NCBI GenBank assembly: GCA_043819075.1
Contig: JBDRFE010000009.1
Span: forward strand, 1-17,545
Length of the DNA: 17,545 nt
From: an archaeon
GTDB taxonomy: Archaea; Iainarchaeota; Iainarchaeia; Iainarchaeales; 1-14-0-10-31-34
Direction of reading: 5' to 3'
Shown piece by piece: positions 16,136-17,545 of the stretch (its first letter is position 1; the number at the start of each line of letters is the position of its first letter). Made by a program: the position numbers and the translations under genes. The notes under the pieces are model-generated. The model made no database searches. It was not told where the DNA came from and saw only the letters and a program-made list of their open reading frames with translations.

Positions 16136-16969
16136 ATGAAAAAAACAATTATATTTTCAATAATTCTTTTTTCTCTTCTTTTTAGTGGTTGCACTCAAGA
16201 TTCATCTAATTCTAATCAACAAATGTATGTTTGTTCTAATGGAGAGTCCGTATCTAATCCTGATTTATGTTCAAAAACAATAGAAAATAAAAAAACAGAG
16301 ATAAATGAAAGTATTATTTATGAAGAAAAGTCATGCCCCTTTGATTGTTGCATTGGATTAGAATACCGACAAAAAAATTGTCCTTCTTATTTTGATTGCA
16401 TTAATTACCAATGTATCCAACAAGACTGCCCTCTTGAGTGCTGTGATGGAACTACATATAAGTTCAAACAATGCAGTAATAGCGGAATTTGTATGAACGG
16501 AACTTGCAATCCCAAAGATTGTGGAGTTTTAAGTAATAGTGTTAATGTATCAGGAGCAGGCTGTTTTCAAGATGCTTATAAAAATTGCCAAAAAGCAAAG
16601 GTCGCAGTAAATTCTAATGGTTGTGTTCAGTTCATTGAAGTATTAAGTGGAACAACACAAGAATGCAAAATAAAATTTGCGTTTGATTTAAGTTCTCCAA
16701 ATTGTTACAACACTCTAATCCCAAAATCAATGAAAGAATGCAGTGGGTTATCCTCAACTTGTACTGGCAACGTCAGAGCAGACCCAGAAGATTTCACTTC
16801 AGTAAACTGTGAAGGAAAATTATTCAAATGCATATTAAACGCTTATTTGTCAAACTGTATTAAAGAATGTGATGAAAGAAATATCATAGACAAACTACTT
16901 AAATCAGATGATGATTGTAAGAGAGACTGCCAGATTGATTATAGCACAGGAATTGGGTTATTAACTTAA
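16136..16969 (+). CDS. Very Cys-rich lipoprotein with internal 31-aa tandem repeat
   Basis: Signal LLFSGC; YVCSNGESVSNPDLC; CPFDCC... and CPLECC... repeat units. Confidence 0.85.
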   Translation: MKKTIIFSIILFSLLFSGCTQDSSNSNQQMYVCSNGESVSNPDLCSKTIENKKTEINESIIYEEKSCPFDCCIGLEYRQKNCPSYFDCINYQCIQQDCPLECCDGTTYKFKQCSNSGICMNGTCNPKDCGVLSNSVNVSGAGCFQDAYKNCQKAKVAVNSNGCVQFIEVLSGTTQECKIKFAFDLSSPNCYNTLIPKSMKECSGLSSTCTGNVRADPEDFTSVNCEGKLFKCILNAYLSNCIKECDERNIIDKLLKSDDDCKRDCQIDYSTGIGLLT

Positions 16970-16978
16970 TCTGAAAAA

Positions 16979-17221
16979 CTAAATGTTGTATGCACTCCAA
17001 AGTTTTCTGTTGCCTGTTGTTTTCATTTTAACCCAGTTTTTATTATGCATTCTTTTCAAATAGTGTTCTGCTGTGTTCCAAGAAGTGTGTGCTATTTCTG
17101 CAACTTGGGTCGTGTTTAGGTAGTATTTTCTTTCCATTAAAACTTTAAGTATTTGGCGTTCAAAAGAGCCAATTATTTTTTTTCTTTTTTCACTTATTTT
17201 TTTCCTTCTTCTTTTCTTCAT
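16979..17221 (-). CDS. Small winged-helix/HTH protein
   Basis: ILKVL...LNTTQVAEIAHTSWNTAEHYLKRM...W; overlaps the 3' end of the AbrB-like gene. Start uncertain. Confidence 0.8.
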   Translation of the reverse strand: MKKRRRKKISEKRKKIIGSFERQILKVLMERKYYLNTTQVAEIAHTSWNTAEHYLKRMHNKNWVKMKTTGNRKLWSAYNI

Positions 17222-17438
17222 CAACAATCACACATTCAATAGTTATGGGCTTTTTCTTGGTAATGTTTAGTTCTACTTTCATTCCTTTTTTTAGTTCAAT
17301 TGAGTTTCTCATTGAAGCAGGAATTTTAATTGAAAATTGTTTTCCATCAAAGATAAGATTTGTTTCAAAATAATTCATTTCTTTTGGTTCTTTGAGTTTC
17401 ATTTCTTCTTGAACTTCTTTAGGAGCTAAAAGTTCCAT
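17190..17438 (-). CDS. AbrB/MazE/SpoVT-like DNA-binding protein
   Basis: DGKQFSIKIPASMRNSIELKKGMKVEL; GGTGA RBS. Confidence 0.8.
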   Translation of the reverse strand: MELLAPKEVQEEMKLKEPKEMNYFETNLIFDGKQFSIKIPASMRNSIELKKGMKVELNITKKKPITIECVIVDEEKKKEKNK

Positions 17439-17472
17439 TTAATCACCAAATAAAATAAAGTCTAATTATTTA

Positions 17473-17508
17473 AAAACATATGTTTTAAAAGTCTCATAAA
17501 ATGAGACT
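17473..17508. promoter_or_regulatory. Two adjacent palindromes, candidate operators
   Basis: AAAACATATGTTTT (17473-17486) and AGTCTCAT-AAA-ATGAGACT (17490-17508) upstream of the AbrB-HTH pair. Confidence 0.55.
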
Positions 17509-17545
17509 AATATTTCATAGATATATTTATATGCTTTTTGTTGCT

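Overview
AT-rich archaeal window, probably DPANN (Diapherotrites/Iainarchaeota-like is a guess), based on rpl40e, FEN1 with a PIP box, a DGGGP synthase-like UbiA and an archaeal-type tRNA-Glu. Layout: (1) 1-1990 ABC ATPase 5' end, PadR, flavin reductase, YdeI/OmpD. (2) ~2036-5090 a ~3 kb integrase-less island at the 3' end of tRNA-Glu(TTC), bounded by a 40-bp direct repeat with a 26-bp exact core. It holds an AbrB-like gene followed by two ORFs that each carry an RxxxxH (HEPN-like) motif, converging on two lipoprotein genes built as tandem cassettes with shared flanks. (3) tRNA-Glu with an abutting ~90-nt structured element. (4) Core block: rpl40e, DGGGP synthase, HTH regulator, proC-rocD, pcm, an arginine synthetase-like (COG2403) gene, a membrane protein, an ArmA/Rmt/FmrO-like methyltransferase coupled to fen. 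(5) From ~14082 a second accessory region, opened by a 134-bp nested inverted-repeat element, with membrane proteins, a wHTH, three Cys-containing lipoproteins and an AbrB-HTH pair. All protein calls come from motif recognition by eye, not from database searches.
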